Part shown: piece by piece, positions 1-9,204 of the stretch
Layout of the letters: every line of letters starts with the position of its first letter
Position numbering within the stretch: the first letter of the stretch is position 1
Source of the DNA: an uncultured Candidatus Saccharibacteria bacterium
GTDB lineage: Bacteria; Patescibacteriota; Doudnabacteria; UBA920; O2-02-FULL-48-8
Reading direction: 5' to 3'
Length of the DNA stretch: 64,000 nt
Assembly: GCA_964605735.1 (NCBI GenBank)
Contig: CAZSDS010000001.1
Coordinates: 6,771 to 70,770, forward strand
Translations under genes and position numbers: made by a program
The notes under the pieces: generated by a model
What the model saw: only the letters and a program-made list of their open reading frames with translations
What the model was told of the DNA's origin: nothing
Databases searched by the model: none

Positions 1-172
1 CAAAATAGATATCGACGACAACGTCGAAATCAATAATTATATATACAGCAAATTTACACGCAGCGGAACGCGAAGCGACGGTGCCGCGCTCTACACCAGC
101 CCAGGTGGGGTAGTTTATGCGCTGGAGTCCACTCACTGGGATATTGTGGTCGGTTGCTAATCTCCAAAATAA

Positions 173-1195
173 ATGAAAAAAATACTGCTTATCTTAATAT
201 TATTGCTAATTGTTGCCGCTGGGGCATATTACTTTTGGTACATAAATCTCGAGGAAGAAAACCAGGAGCTGGAATCGCCGGAGTTGACCGCATCGGTGAT
301 AGTTTCGGACAGCGTGGTCAGCCCTGTCAATGCATATGACAACAGCGGGGTTTGGTTTGCGCTGAGCAATGGGCAAATGATGAAATATAACATTAGCTCA
401 AAACAGCTATCTGAATATCCTTTGCCGAATATGTCCGGCCAGTCAATCAATAAAATTTATTGGCCACGCTCAGGAAGCGATTTTATTTCGCGCGGCCTTA
501 GTAATGAGAACAACAGCAATAAGATTTTTTATAACTACTATAATTTTAACCAGAAGAAATATTACACCCTGCCTTCAAACGTAATATCTCTGGATTGGCT
601 GAGTGACGGCCTGAGAGTAGTTTTGATCTGGAAGGGCGGGGACGGAAAGATTTCGCTTGTTGTCTCCAATGCTGATGCAACTGGGTACAGAGTTGTAACT
701 GAGCTCCCTTGGGAAGATTTGGTGCCAAAAGCCTCGCCAAAGGGGAATAAAGCTTTATTGGTCCGACAATACCCAACTGACCAGATAAATAAAATTTATC
801 TGTTTGATCTGGACAGCGGGCAGTATCAGGAAATAGTTTCACAAGGTAAAAACAACGGCGTGATCTGGTCTCCTGACGGGGAAAAATTCGTTTATTCCCA
901 AATTGTCGGGAACAGCAATGCTTTGCTTATGTATAATCTTGCAACCGGCGAAAACCTGGATTTGAATATTAACTCCAGCATTGATAAGGCGGGTTTCACC
1001 CAGGACGGGAATTATCTTTATGCATCTGTTCAGGGTCAAAGTGGTGAAAGGATTATCAGGGTAGCTTTGGATACTTTGACGCAGGAAACTGTTTATACTT
1101 TTGGCAACATCGTTAACGCAATAAACTTGGTGCCTATAGGGAAGAAGGTTTATTTTGCCAGCGCTATGGATGGCAAGTTGTACTCAATAGAGTAA
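173..1195 (+). CDS. Secreted or membrane-anchored beta-propeller protein (PD40/TolB-like repeats)
   Basis: 340-aa ORF. N-terminal hydrophobic signal/anchor (MKKILLILILLLIVAAGAYYFWY). WSPDG-type motif (VIWSPDGEKFVYS) typical of PD40 beta-propeller blades. Hairpin terminator immediately downstream. Confidence 0.6.
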   Translation: MKKILLILILLLIVAAGAYYFWYINLEEENQELESPELTASVIVSDSVVSPVNAYDNSGVWFALSNGQMMKYNISSKQLSEYPLPNMSGQSINKIYWPRSGSDFISRGLSNENNSNKIFYNYYNFNQKKYYTLPSNVISLDWLSDGLRVVLIWKGGDGKISLVVSNADATGYRVVTELPWEDLVPKASPKGNKALLVRQYPTDQINKIYLFDLDSGQYQEIVSQGKNNGVIWSPDGEKFVYSQIVGNSNALLMYNLATGENLDLNINSSIDKAGFTQDGNYLYASVQGQSGERIIRVALDTLTQETVYTFGNIVNAINLVPIGKKVYFASAMDGKLYSIE

Positions 1196-1204
1196 TAATG
1201 CAAT

Positions 1205-1243
1205 AAAAAACGAGCCGTCGCGGTGTCGCGACGGCTCTTTCAA
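1205..1243. terminator. Bidirectional Rho-independent terminator hairpin (GAGCCGTCGCG...CGCGACGGCTC) between convergent genes
   Basis: Perfect 11-bp inverted repeat. A-run on the 5' side and T-run on the 3' side. Lies between the stop of the + ORF (1195) and the stop of the - ORF (1274). Confidence 0.6.
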
Positions 1244-1273
1244 TTGAACGGGTTGACCAGTCCAGCTGACCTG

Positions 1274-1855
1274 TTACCTCGTGTAAATCTGGTGAGTGGA
1301 ACGCGTGTTCAGCGCGTCAGTCGAGGATTTCCCTCGGTGAGGATTTGGTCCAGGGTTGGCTGGAATGCCGAGCAGGTCCTTGAAAGCTACCTGCTTCGTC
1401 GTCTGCTTCACGGCCTGGGTGATGACGTTGTTCGTCTGCTTCCTGCGCCGCCGGTGGCGTGAGGGAGCTTTCACAGCAGGCTTTGCTTCGCGAGGCTTGG
1501 GCAGAGCCTTTTTCGCGAGAGCATTCTCAGTGGCGCGTACCTCTGACGGCTTTGGCCGTGACTTTGCGGTCTTCGGCTTGTACAGCAGTGAGAGGGTTTC
1601 AGCAAGTTCCTCTTGCATCCGACGGAGCTGCAGGACTGAGGATTTCTCCTCGGGGCTGACCGCAGATTCCTCAGGGAGCTCGAAGACGTCGACGAAGAAT
1701 CGTCTGGCGTGGCCTCGAACAGCGACCATGAACTTGCTGGGGCCGGTTCCGATGATAGTTACCTTCTGGTTCGCGCTGAGAGGGAAGTCGATTCCCTTGA
1801 AACGCGCCGCGGCATTTTCACTGACAGTAGCTTCGATTGAGTGGGGAAGTATCAC
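1274..1855 (-). CDS. Hypothetical protein with Lys/Ala/Pro-rich basic C-terminal tail (histone H1/AlgP-like low complexity); GC-rich ORFan
   Basis: 193-aa ORF on the minus strand. The overlapping + strand ORF (1356..1883) translates to low-complexity junk. Local GC content is clearly higher than the flanks, suggesting foreign origin. No recognisable catalytic motif. Confidence 0.35.
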   Translation of the reverse strand: MILPHSIEATVSENAAARFKGIDFPLSANQKVTIIGTGPSKFMVAVRGHARRFFVDVFELPEESAVSPEEKSSVLQLRRMQEELAETLSLLYKPKTAKSRPKPSEVRATENALAKKALPKPREAKPAVKAPSRHRRRRKQTNNVITQAVKQTTKQVAFKDLLGIPANPGPNPHRGKSSTDALNTRSTHQIYTR

Positions 1856-2014
1856 ATGCGCCTCCGAACGAAATCTGACTTGATCCGACTTGCGTTGTGA
1901 GTGAAAACTTGTTTGAACGGTCTTGAAACAGTGTTAGCTGGTCAATTGCCTCCTATTGGTTTGTGGGTGCCAACGATTTGTCTATTGTAAAAAAATTTTT
2001 TTGATTTGTCAACT

Positions 2015-4057
2015 CTATTCAAGATGTATTTCAGGTTTCTCAGAGACTTTACTTCCCAGGAATGGGTACTGGGACAGGTCTGAATCTTCATCTAAAATGC
2101 CTAGTGCGTATTTTCGGGAACGTTCGACCAGCGGAAGGTTGGACAGTGTTGCGACTTTAAACCCGTATCCGCTTTGCTCCGTGCCGTATAAATCGCCGCT
2201 CCCGCGGATCTGCAAATCCTTCTGGGCAAGTTCAAACCCGTTTGTGCTTTCAACCATGGCCTGCAAGCGCGGGTTCTGCGCAGCATTTTGATCGTCGGAA
2301 AACAAAAAACAATACGATTGGTGGGAACTCCTGCCCACGCGGCCGCGGAACTGGTGCAATTGGGCAAGGCCAAAACGTTCCGCTCCTTCAATCATCATGA
2401 CAGTTGCATTTGGCACGTCCACGCCTACCTCAACCACTGAGGTGGAAACCAAAATATCCAGTTCGTTGTCTTTAAACTGCCTCATTACGGATTCCTTGTC
2501 TGCGGGTTTCATTTTGCCATGCAACAACCCGATTCTTAAGTTTGGAAAAATTTTGTTCTGGAGCTTTTCATATTCGGCTTGGGCAGATTTAACGCCCAGT
2601 TTGTCTGATTCCTCAATCAAAGGGCAAATTACAAATGCCTGCCGGCCTTGCTTGATCTGTTCAGCGATGAATTGATATGTCTGCGGTCGTTTGTCTTCGG
2701 CCACAAGCTCAGTAATGATCTTGACTCTCCCTTTAGGTAATTCTGAAAGGATGGAAATATCAAGATCGCCGTAAAGCGTTAAAGCCAAAGTGCGGGGGAT
2801 AGGAGTGGCGCTCATAGTCAGCAAGTGGGCGTTGCTATGCTGTTTGAGTGCGGCGCGCTGCTGTACGCCGAATCTGTGCTGTTCGTCAATGACAACAAAA
2901 GCCAGTTTGTCGAATTTGACTTTTTTGTCCAAGAGCGAGTGCGTGCCTATTATTATTTTTGACCGGCCGTTTTTTATGTGCGCCAACAGAGTTTCTCTTG
3001 AGACCGGATTGCCGTTCAAACGAGTGTTGGACGAAGTCAGTAATCCCAGGTCAATTCTGTCGTTTATGAACAGTTTTAAGAGGCTTAAATAATGCTGTTG
3101 GGACAGAACCTCGGTAGGCGCCAATAACACGGCTTGCAAGCCATTTTGCGCGCATAACCACATGCATAAGGCGGCAATGATGGTTTTCCCAGAGCCCACG
3201 TCACCCTCCAGAAGTCTGTTGGCAGGAAACGGCCTGCTTAAATCATCTGTAATTTCTTCCAGCGCCTGTTTTTGTGAAGCCGTCAACTCAAAAGGCAGTG
3301 AATCGATTTTTTCCTGAAGGGATTTTGTCGGGCTTTTAACGGCAAAAGATTTTCGCTCTTGCCTTAGTTTTTTGTATTTCAAAACTCTGATCTGTGTAAG
3401 GAAAATTTCGTCAAAAGCCAGGCGCTTCTGTGCGAGTTTTAGTTGCGCGTAATTATCAGGAAAATGAAAAGTTTTCAGCGCCTTGTCCTCATCCAGCAAT
3501 TTTTCTTTTGCTAAAATCTCCGCCGGCAAAAATTCCGGGACAAAGGATTTGTCCAGGTAAGTCTTGATAATGTTGCGCAGCATTTTTTGCGTGAGGCTGG
3601 CGGTCAGCGGGTAAACCGGAACAAGACGGGAAGTGTGGACCTGCTCAGCTTTCTCCTGCTCATAAACTGGGTTTTGCAGTTGCATCTTGTTTTTGGACGA
3701 AACAACTTTGCCTGAGAAAATAAATTGCTCGTTGACCTTTAAAGCTTTTTGCAAATATGGCTGATTAAACCACACACAGGTGATGGTGCCGCTGTCATCT
3801 CTGACTACAGCCTGGGTCAGCGTAAACCGGCGCACCCTGGTGCGAAAACTTTTGACGCTGATAATCTGCGCCTTGATGTTGGCAAATTCGTTAATTTTTA
3901 AATCAGCTATCGGCGTGAACTGTGACAGGTCATGGTGAGCACGGGGCAAATAAAAAAGCAGGTCTTCCAGGGTGTGGATGCCTAAATGTTTCAGAAGTTT
4001 GGCCCGCGCTGGCCCGACCAGGTAAAGTTTTTCAACCGGAGTTTTCAGTTCAAACAT
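2015..4057 (-). CDS. recG: ATP-dependent DNA helicase RecG
   Basis: 680 aa. Walker A DVGSGKT. DEQH box (VIDEQHRFG). Motif MSATPIPRT. Wedge/OB-fold N-terminal region typical of RecG. Confidence 0.9.
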   Translation of the reverse strand: MFELKTPVEKLYLVGPARAKLLKHLGIHTLEDLLFYLPRAHHDLSQFTPIADLKINEFANIKAQIISVKSFRTRVRRFTLTQAVVRDDSGTITCVWFNQPYLQKALKVNEQFIFSGKVVSSKNKMQLQNPVYEQEKAEQVHTSRLVPVYPLTASLTQKMLRNIIKTYLDKSFVPEFLPAEILAKEKLLDEDKALKTFHFPDNYAQLKLAQKRLAFDEIFLTQIRVLKYKKLRQERKSFAVKSPTKSLQEKIDSLPFELTASQKQALEEITDDLSRPFPANRLLEGDVGSGKTIIAALCMWLCAQNGLQAVLLAPTEVLSQQHYLSLLKLFINDRIDLGLLTSSNTRLNGNPVSRETLLAHIKNGRSKIIIGTHSLLDKKVKFDKLAFVVIDEQHRFGVQQRAALKQHSNAHLLTMSATPIPRTLALTLYGDLDISILSELPKGRVKIITELVAEDKRPQTYQFIAEQIKQGRQAFVICPLIEESDKLGVKSAQAEYEKLQNKIFPNLRIGLLHGKMKPADKESVMRQFKDNELDILVSTSVVEVGVDVPNATVMMIEGAERFGLAQLHQFRGRVGRSSHQSYCFLFSDDQNAAQNPRLQAMVESTNGFELAQKDLQIRGSGDLYGTEQSGYGFKVATLSNLPLVERSRKYALGILDEDSDLSQYPFLGSKVSEKPEIHLE

Positions 4058-4148
4058 GCTTTGATTTTACCATTTCAGGCACGCCTTGAAAAATATGGCA
4101 CTTTGATCGGACTAAAAAGTAAAAATCCCACCTAAGTGGGATTCTTAC

Positions 4149-4224
4149 TGGTGCACTCGGGAGGGATCGAACCTCCGACCTTTGGTTCCGCAAACCAACG
4201 CTCTATCCACTGAGCTACGAGTGC
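4149..4224 (-). tRNA. tRNA-Arg (anticodon GCG by hand fold)
   Basis: 76-nt cloverleaf on the minus strand: GCACTCG acceptor, GCTC/GAGC D-stem, anticodon stem TTGGT/ACCAA with loop TTGCGGA, GGAGG-TTCGATC-CCTCC T-arm, encoded CCA. Overall very similar to bacterial tRNA-Arg. No G3:U70, so not Ala. Confidence 0.75.
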
Positions 4225-4249
4225 GTGCCGTGACCGTAAAAAACCGTAA

Positions 4250-4732
4250 TTAAAATTTCATTTTTCTGGCTATCCTGTCTGAAAAAGTTTCTTCGTGCTC
4301 AAGATCCTCTTCCAGATACTGGCTGAGAAAGTTTTTGATCTCAACCGGATCCTGGTTCGCCAGTTCTATCCTGATGATGCGGTCCAGATATGCCGTAGTT
4401 TCCAGATAAAGAGTTTTTACTTCGGGATTATAGATGATCCAGAATTTTTTGATTGTCTTGTGGCTGTAAAACAGGGAGTTTATGCGAACACCTGTGGCAT
4501 TCAGCGCAATGTTGACGGTTTTTGGCTTTTGCGACGAATAAACTATTCCGATGATGCCGCAGAGCAGAAACAGGATTGCTGTGGTCCAGCTGTCCGTGTA
4601 GATGCCAAACAAAACGAGCAGTGCGACAACCAGTCCGAACAAAACAAACCAAAACGGGTTCTTTTTGTACTCAGGATATTCCAGCGCCTGCCAGGATATC
4701 TCTTTCTTCGGACTTGTTTTTTGGTTGTTCAT
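4250..4732 (-). CDS. Hypothetical small membrane protein (2 predicted TM helices)
   Basis: 160-aa ORF. Two hydrophobic stretches (FWFVLFGLVVALLVLFGIY, TAILFLLCGIIGIVY) followed by a soluble C-terminal domain. Sits between two tRNA genes. Confidence 0.5.
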   Translation of the reverse strand: MNNQKTSPKKEISWQALEYPEYKKNPFWFVLFGLVVALLVLFGIYTDSWTTAILFLLCGIIGIVYSSQKPKTVNIALNATGVRINSLFYSHKTIKKFWIIYNPEVKTLYLETTAYLDRIIRIELANQDPVEIKNFLSQYLEEDLEHEETFSDRIARKMKF

Positions 4733-4780
4733 TTTTAACTCTTTTTGACTTTTTGGGGAATGATTCTCTGGGTGATTCCC

Positions 4781-4870
4781 TGGCGGTGGGGGCGAGATTC
4801 GAACTCGCGGTCCGCGTTAACGGACTCCGGTTTTCAAGACCGGTGCACTAAACCACTATGCGACCCCACC
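4781..4870 (-). tRNA. tRNA-Ser (anticodon TGA)
   Basis: 90-nt type-II tRNA on the minus strand: acceptor GGTGGGG/CCCCACC, anticodon stem CCGGT/ACCGG with loop CTTGAAA, long variable arm, T-loop TTCGAAT, encoded CCA. Confidence 0.85.
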
Positions 4871-4986
4871 CGCGCCACACCAGAAAATAAATAAAGCTCT
4901 AGTTTAAGAGCGTCATTATTCTACCATTTTTGCCTAATTAAGTAAAGATTAAGTAAGGTTTGTAAAAAAAAGACCGAAGCGTCAGG

Positions 4987-5511
4987 TTAACGTTTCGGTA
5001 ATTGCTGGTAAAACACTGTGGTTGCTCTTGCCAGCTGAACATGGCTTTGCGACTGCCTGGCCAGTTCAGATGCGCAGTGGATGGCTTGGGGGAAGTGGCG
5101 GAAAGGCCTAAACCCGTTTTCCGTAAGCAGGTTGCCGGGAATAGTCGAAGCTTTTTTTATTTTGCGGCCGTATGCGTCGACAGCTTCCAAGCCAGCCACT
5201 TTTGACCGGCCGATCACAATGAAGTTTCTGCTGGTTTTGAATTCCTCCAAGTCCGCAGCAGTGGTTGCGATTTCCAGGAGCAGCCAGATTATGGACACTG
5301 ACCGCAGGTACTGGATGCTCCCCAGAAGTTGGTGCGCTGCGGACTCAGCCTCATCCATAGTCGCAAACGGCTGCAAGCCATTGCTCCACATGGATTCATA
5401 GTTCTGTTCAGGCCAGTGGATCGATTTGCCAAATGCAGCGTAGTTCCGCCACTTTCTTCTTCTTTTTCCGACTATTTCCGCCAGGCACATAATACCTCGC
5501 AGAGTATGCAT
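4987..5511 (-). CDS. Hypothetical protein
   Basis: 174-aa ORF with non-repetitive, protein-like composition. Alternative-frame ORFs on the + strand look spurious. No motif recognised. Confidence 0.4.
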   Translation of the reverse strand: MHTLRGIMCLAEIVGKRRRKWRNYAAFGKSIHWPEQNYESMWSNGLQPFATMDEAESAAHQLLGSIQYLRSVSIIWLLLEIATTAADLEEFKTSRNFIVIGRSKVAGLEAVDAYGRKIKKASTIPGNLLTENGFRPFRHFPQAIHCASELARQSQSHVQLARATTVFYQQLPKR

Positions 5512-5742
5512 AAAGCCTCCTTAACATGGGACCTGGTATTTGCACAGGCTTGGTTTTGTGCGAATTTTAGCAGAATTCAAGGAAAAGAAAAAGCCCTGCA
5601 ATGCAGGACCTTCTCTTCATATGATTTTTCAGCCACCCGCGAACAACGGGAGTGATTTGTGTTTCGGCTGATGTTATCCTGTTTTTTTAAGACAGGACTC
5701 AATTATGGCTTTTAACCCATAATCTATAAGTTTCAAATAAGC

Positions 5743-6867
5743 TTACTGCTGGTCTGTGTTGTTGGTGTTATCTGCCGGTTCGTTGCTTTGCGGTTCTTGA
5801 GGCGCTGGAGGAGGAGTTTGCGGCTGAGTGGTGGTTTCAGACTTTACTTCTGGTTTGGAAACTGCTTCCAACTTCAGGGCGTAAGTCTTTTTATCCCTTA
5901 TCTCAGCGGAAATCCTGACGGTTATGTCTACCTTCAAGTCCACAGGTTTAATATTAACATATTCCGTGTCTCTTGTCAGCAAGAATTGGGCGGTACCGAT
6001 GTTAATCGAAGTGGAGGTTACGGCAGTGACTTTACCCTCTGCGGAAACTGAATTTTCTTTCTTGATCTCGGTCATGACAAACGGCTTATTTTCCACTACC
6101 AGTCCGGCTCGTTCAATGTTTTCGATGGCCTGTTCAGTTGTGGTCTTGGAAAGTTCCAGAGCCTTCTGCAGTTCCAATTTGATTTCTCCTTCTGACTGGA
6201 CTTGGGCCGCCTGGATAACTGCGGTTTGCTTGCTGCTCAGGCTGACAATCTTGTTAAGCATTTCAGGCTTGGGTTCAGTCATGTTTTTCTCCGCAACAGC
6301 TTGGGAGGTTTCTCGAATGTCTTTAACGGTTTCATTAACCACTTTTTGGACCTGCTCTTCGGAAATCTTGCCTTCTTTTTGCTTTTGCAGGATGGTTTCG
6401 AGTTCCTCCACGCGGTTGTTAGCGAATTTGATTTGGAGGTTGGTGCGCTGTTCTTCACTGCCGGCAAGCTTCAATTGCATATTCTCCACGATTATTTTAA
6501 CCGGATAAATGGTTTCTCCCGGCACGCTGCCCAGCGCCGCGACAGCAGTTCCAAGAGTCATGCTGATGATAATCAGCAGTCCGCCAATCACGCCGCCGGT
6601 AATTCTGATGAAGCGGGGAATGTGCTGCAGAAACGCAAAGCTAAAAGTTTTTTCATGTTCTGCAGGAATTGAGATTCTGCCAAGAATTTTTTTCCGGATT
6701 TTCATCAAGTCAGGTTTTGGGATTTCTGCTTTTGGGATGTGGGCGATTATGGAAACCAAATTCAAAGAGCCGTTGTCTGACGGATCTTTCTGGAAACTTG
6801 AAACATCGCCCTGGTTTTGCACCCGGCGGATGAGTTCGTCTAATTTTTCCGGTGAATTGGTTAGCAT
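5743..6867 (-). CDS. Putative anti-sigma factor / membrane-anchored coiled-coil protein cotranscribed with an ECF sigma factor
   Basis: 374 aa. Starts 10 nt downstream of the ECF sigma gene on the same strand. Cytoplasmic N-terminal region, single TM (GGVIGGLLIIISMTLGTAVAAL), long extracytoplasmic coiled-coil/E,K-rich domain and a Pro/Gln-rich tail. The arrangement resembles DUF5667-type anti-sigma partners. Confidence 0.55.
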   Translation of the reverse strand: MLTNSPEKLDELIRRVQNQGDVSSFQKDPSDNGSLNLVSIIAHIPKAEIPKPDLMKIRKKILGRISIPAEHEKTFSFAFLQHIPRFIRITGGVIGGLLIIISMTLGTAVAALGSVPGETIYPVKIIVENMQLKLAGSEEQRTNLQIKFANNRVEELETILQKQKEGKISEEQVQKVVNETVKDIRETSQAVAEKNMTEPKPEMLNKIVSLSSKQTAVIQAAQVQSEGEIKLELQKALELSKTTTEQAIENIERAGLVVENKPFVMTEIKKENSVSAEGKVTAVTSTSINIGTAQFLLTRDTEYVNIKPVDLKVDITVRISAEIRDKKTYALKLEAVSKPEVKSETTTQPQTPPPAPQEPQSNEPADNTNNTDQQ

Positions 6868-6876
6868 ATAGGTTGG

Positions 6877-7446
6877 TTAAACCTTGCGCTTTTTCTTGTT
6901 CAATAGTTCCTTGAGTTTGTTTACGGCGCGGTGCTGGATGACTCTGATGGCGCCTTCGGACTTGCTCATTATCTGAGCTATTTCAATATTTTCAAGTTCC
7001 TCAAAAAATTTATAGCGGATTACCTGCTGTTGTTCGGAAGGCAGTTCTTCAATCAGCTCCACTATGATTTTTTGTTCGATCATCAGGTTGGCTTCGTCAA
7101 TGGGGGATGAGGCGTCTTCCAGAACATCCACCACCTCTTCCAGGTCAACAGTAACTTTCTTTACCCGGTAATAGTCAATGACGTTGTTCTTTGCAATCTG
7201 GTAAAGCCAGCTGGTAAAGGCCTTTGCCGAGGAGACCTGTCCGATTTTGGTCCAGGCTTTCACAAAAGTGTCAGCCAGAATATCCTCTGCAAGTTCCCTG
7301 TGACCGACTCGGAAATATATGAATTTATAAAGCCTTTCAGCAAAGTGGTCGTAAATGAGGCCGAATGCTTCCCGGTCCATTTTTTGAGCCCTCTGAAAAG
7401 CCTCGTTTAGTTGTTGTTCGGTCATAATTTCAGACGAAATGCCCAA
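6877..7446 (-). CDS. RNA polymerase ECF-type sigma-70 family sigma factor
   Basis: 189 aa. Region 2 (FVKAWTKIGQ...WLYQIAKNNVIDYYR) and region 4 HTH (LENIEIAQIMSKSEGAIRVIQHRAVNKLKE) are typical of the sigma-24/ECF subfamily. Confidence 0.85.
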   Translation of the reverse strand: MGISSEIMTEQQLNEAFQRAQKMDREAFGLIYDHFAERLYKFIYFRVGHRELAEDILADTFVKAWTKIGQVSSAKAFTSWLYQIAKNNVIDYYRVKKVTVDLEEVVDVLEDASSPIDEANLMIEQKIIVELIEELPSEQQQVIRYKFFEELENIEIAQIMSKSEGAIRVIQHRAVNKLKELLNKKKRKV

Positions 7447-7533
7447 TATTTTGTTACAAAAGTCAACTTTATAAAGGGTTTATATATTATATCAATTTGG
7501 CCATATTTTGGGGATTTAGAAAAAGAACGCCTG

Positions 7534-7734
7534 CTAGGAGAAGGCGTTCGGGTCGAAACCGGGTGGCGGGGTAAAGCTGGATTGGCTGAGCACGTACAGT
7601 GCAATGCTTCCCAGGATGAATGCTGCTGCCAGATAGGCGGCTGCTGCGCCATCTTCATTGTGTTCGATTCTTGCTGTGCACCTTTCAAAACAGAGAATTG
7701 CTGAGCATAAAAGAATCCCGCCAAGAACCGCCAT
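7534..7734 (-). CDS. Small hydrophobic membrane protein (66 aa, 2 TM)
   Basis: ORF with two hydrophobic helices. GGAGG 12 nt upstream of the ATG. Hairpin GAACGCC...GGCGTTC plus T-run immediately after the stop on the minus strand. Confidence 0.35.
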   Translation of the reverse strand: MAVLGGILLCSAILCFERCTARIEHNEDGAAAAYLAAAFILGSIALYVLSQSSFTPPPGFDPNAFS

Positions 7735-7813
7735 GGGTTGATGTTTCCTCCGGTAAGTTGTTCTGTCAGGGGGTTATCCGCGATTTTTTCGTGAATAACT
7801 CTCTGGAGGAAAA

Positions 7814-8188
7814 TTATTTCCTCAGAATTTTTTCCATGGTTTTGCCTTTGGCCAGCTCATCAATCAGCTTGTCCATGTAGCGGATCTCTTTCATGGTTGG
7901 ATCCTTTATTTCTTCAACCCTTACTCCGCAGATCACTCCTGTGATCAAAGAGCGCGCGGGATTGAGCTTGGGTGCTTTCATCAGAAAAGTTTCAAGGTCA
8001 GTCTGCTTTTTCAGTTCTGAATCCAATCGCTTTTTGTTGTATCCGGTCAGCCAGTGAATGATTTCATCAACTTCTTTTTGAGTGCGGCCTTTTCTCTTTG
8101 CTTTGGCGATATAGAGCGGGTAAATACTTGCAAAGCTCATTGAATAGATTCTATGTTTTTTTGCGGGTGTTGTCTCTTGTTTCTTCAT
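7814..8188 (-). CDS. DUF2200 domain-containing protein
   Basis: 124 aa. The sequence ([39 protein letters not shown]) closely resembles the conserved DUF2200 family as I recall it. Confidence 0.55.
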   Translation of the reverse strand: MKKQETTPAKKHRIYSMSFASIYPLYIAKAKRKGRTQKEVDEIIHWLTGYNKKRLDSELKKQTDLETFLMKAPKLNPARSLITGVICGVRVEEIKDPTMKEIRYMDKLIDELAKGKTMEKILRK

Positions 8189-8242
8189 AAAAAATTGATT
8201 GTTGCCAGAAATATGGGCACGAATAAATCATGAGCATATTTC

Positions 8243-8335
8243 TGGCGGAGAGGATGGGATTCGAACCCATGAGGCAGGCTATTAACCCGCCGCAGTTTAG
8301 CAAACTGCTGCCTTAAGCCACTCGGCCACCTCTCC
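8243..8335 (-). tRNA. tRNA-Ser (anticodon GCT)
   Basis: 93-nt type-II tRNA on the minus strand: acceptor GGAGAGG, anticodon stem GCAGT/ACTGC with loop TTGCTAA, long variable arm, T-loop TTCGAAT, CCA encoded. Confidence 0.85.
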
Positions 8336-8399
8336 AATATCGCGCTGCTGCGTGCCATGTTGCAGGTGTTATTCTAGCTGGAATGCGCAGGATAGTCAA

Positions 8400-9104
8400 T
8401 TATCCCTGGGCAAAAACAAGCCCCCAAACCTCTTCTGCGCCAGCCTGCTTTAAAGCCCTGCAGGCTTCGGCAAGAGTTGATCGGGTTGTTGAAACGTCGT
8501 CAACAACAATAATTCTTTTGCCTTTCAGGTTTTGGGTGGCATAAAAAGCGTTTTTTACATTCAATACACGTTCCGCGTCCTGGAGTTCTGCCTGTGTTTT
8601 TGTTTTCTTTTTCCTGACAAGCAGGTCAGGCCGCATGGTGATTTCCAGTTTTTTGGCAATGGTCCCGGCAATCAATTCCGCCTGATTAAAGCCGCGCCAG
8701 CGCTTTTTGCTTGAGTGAAGGGGGAGAGGGACCAGTAAAAATTTTTTAAGATATGCAAGCATCTCGAGATTAAGGATTTCTTCGCTCATCATTTCCCCAA
8801 GATTTGATGATATGCCTGAAATAAAACGGTACTTGCAAAATTCAACAAGCTTGCGCGCCAAGGGTTCCTTATAAGGCACGGCGCTGATCAAGCCGTCTAA
8901 CGTTTCAGGGGTTTTGCACGAAGCGTGGGTAAAGCCAAAGGGTGAAGGGCTGCCGCACGCCGGACAGAGCTGGAACTGGTTGCGCTTCAGGTTTTTTCCG
9001 CAGTGCGCGCACAAGTAACACCCTTCCGCGCCGCAGCTTATGCATTTTACCGGAAAGACCAGGTCCAGCAGTGCTTCTTTGATTGTGATGAAAGTTGTAA
9101 TCAT
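8400..9104 (-). CDS. comFC: ComF family protein (phosphoribosyltransferase-type competence protein ComFC)
   Basis: 234 aa. N-terminal double CxxC zinc finger (CISCGAEGCYLCAHCG...CPACGSP). C-terminal PRTase motif RIIVVDDVSTTRSTL. Confidence 0.8.
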   Translation of the reverse strand: MITTFITIKEALLDLVFPVKCISCGAEGCYLCAHCGKNLKRNQFQLCPACGSPSPFGFTHASCKTPETLDGLISAVPYKEPLARKLVEFCKYRFISGISSNLGEMMSEEILNLEMLAYLKKFLLVPLPLHSSKKRWRGFNQAELIAGTIAKKLEITMRPDLLVRKKKTKTQAELQDAERVLNVKNAFYATQNLKGKRIIVVDDVSTTRSTLAEACRALKQAGAEEVWGLVFAQG

Positions 9105-9204
9105 TTAAGGGAGCAAAATACCACAGAAAATATTTTATTGCCAGAGCCTGGTTGTGGACGAAAAAAACACCGGTTGTTGCCGGTGTTTTCGTTTTAAACC
9201 GTCT

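Noticed and set aside
1356-1883. 175-aa + strand ORF overlapping the minus-strand GC-rich ORF.
   Set aside because: The translation is Cys/Arg/Phe-rich low-complexity junk typical of an antisense frame in GC-rich DNA. The minus-strand frame is preferred but still low confidence.
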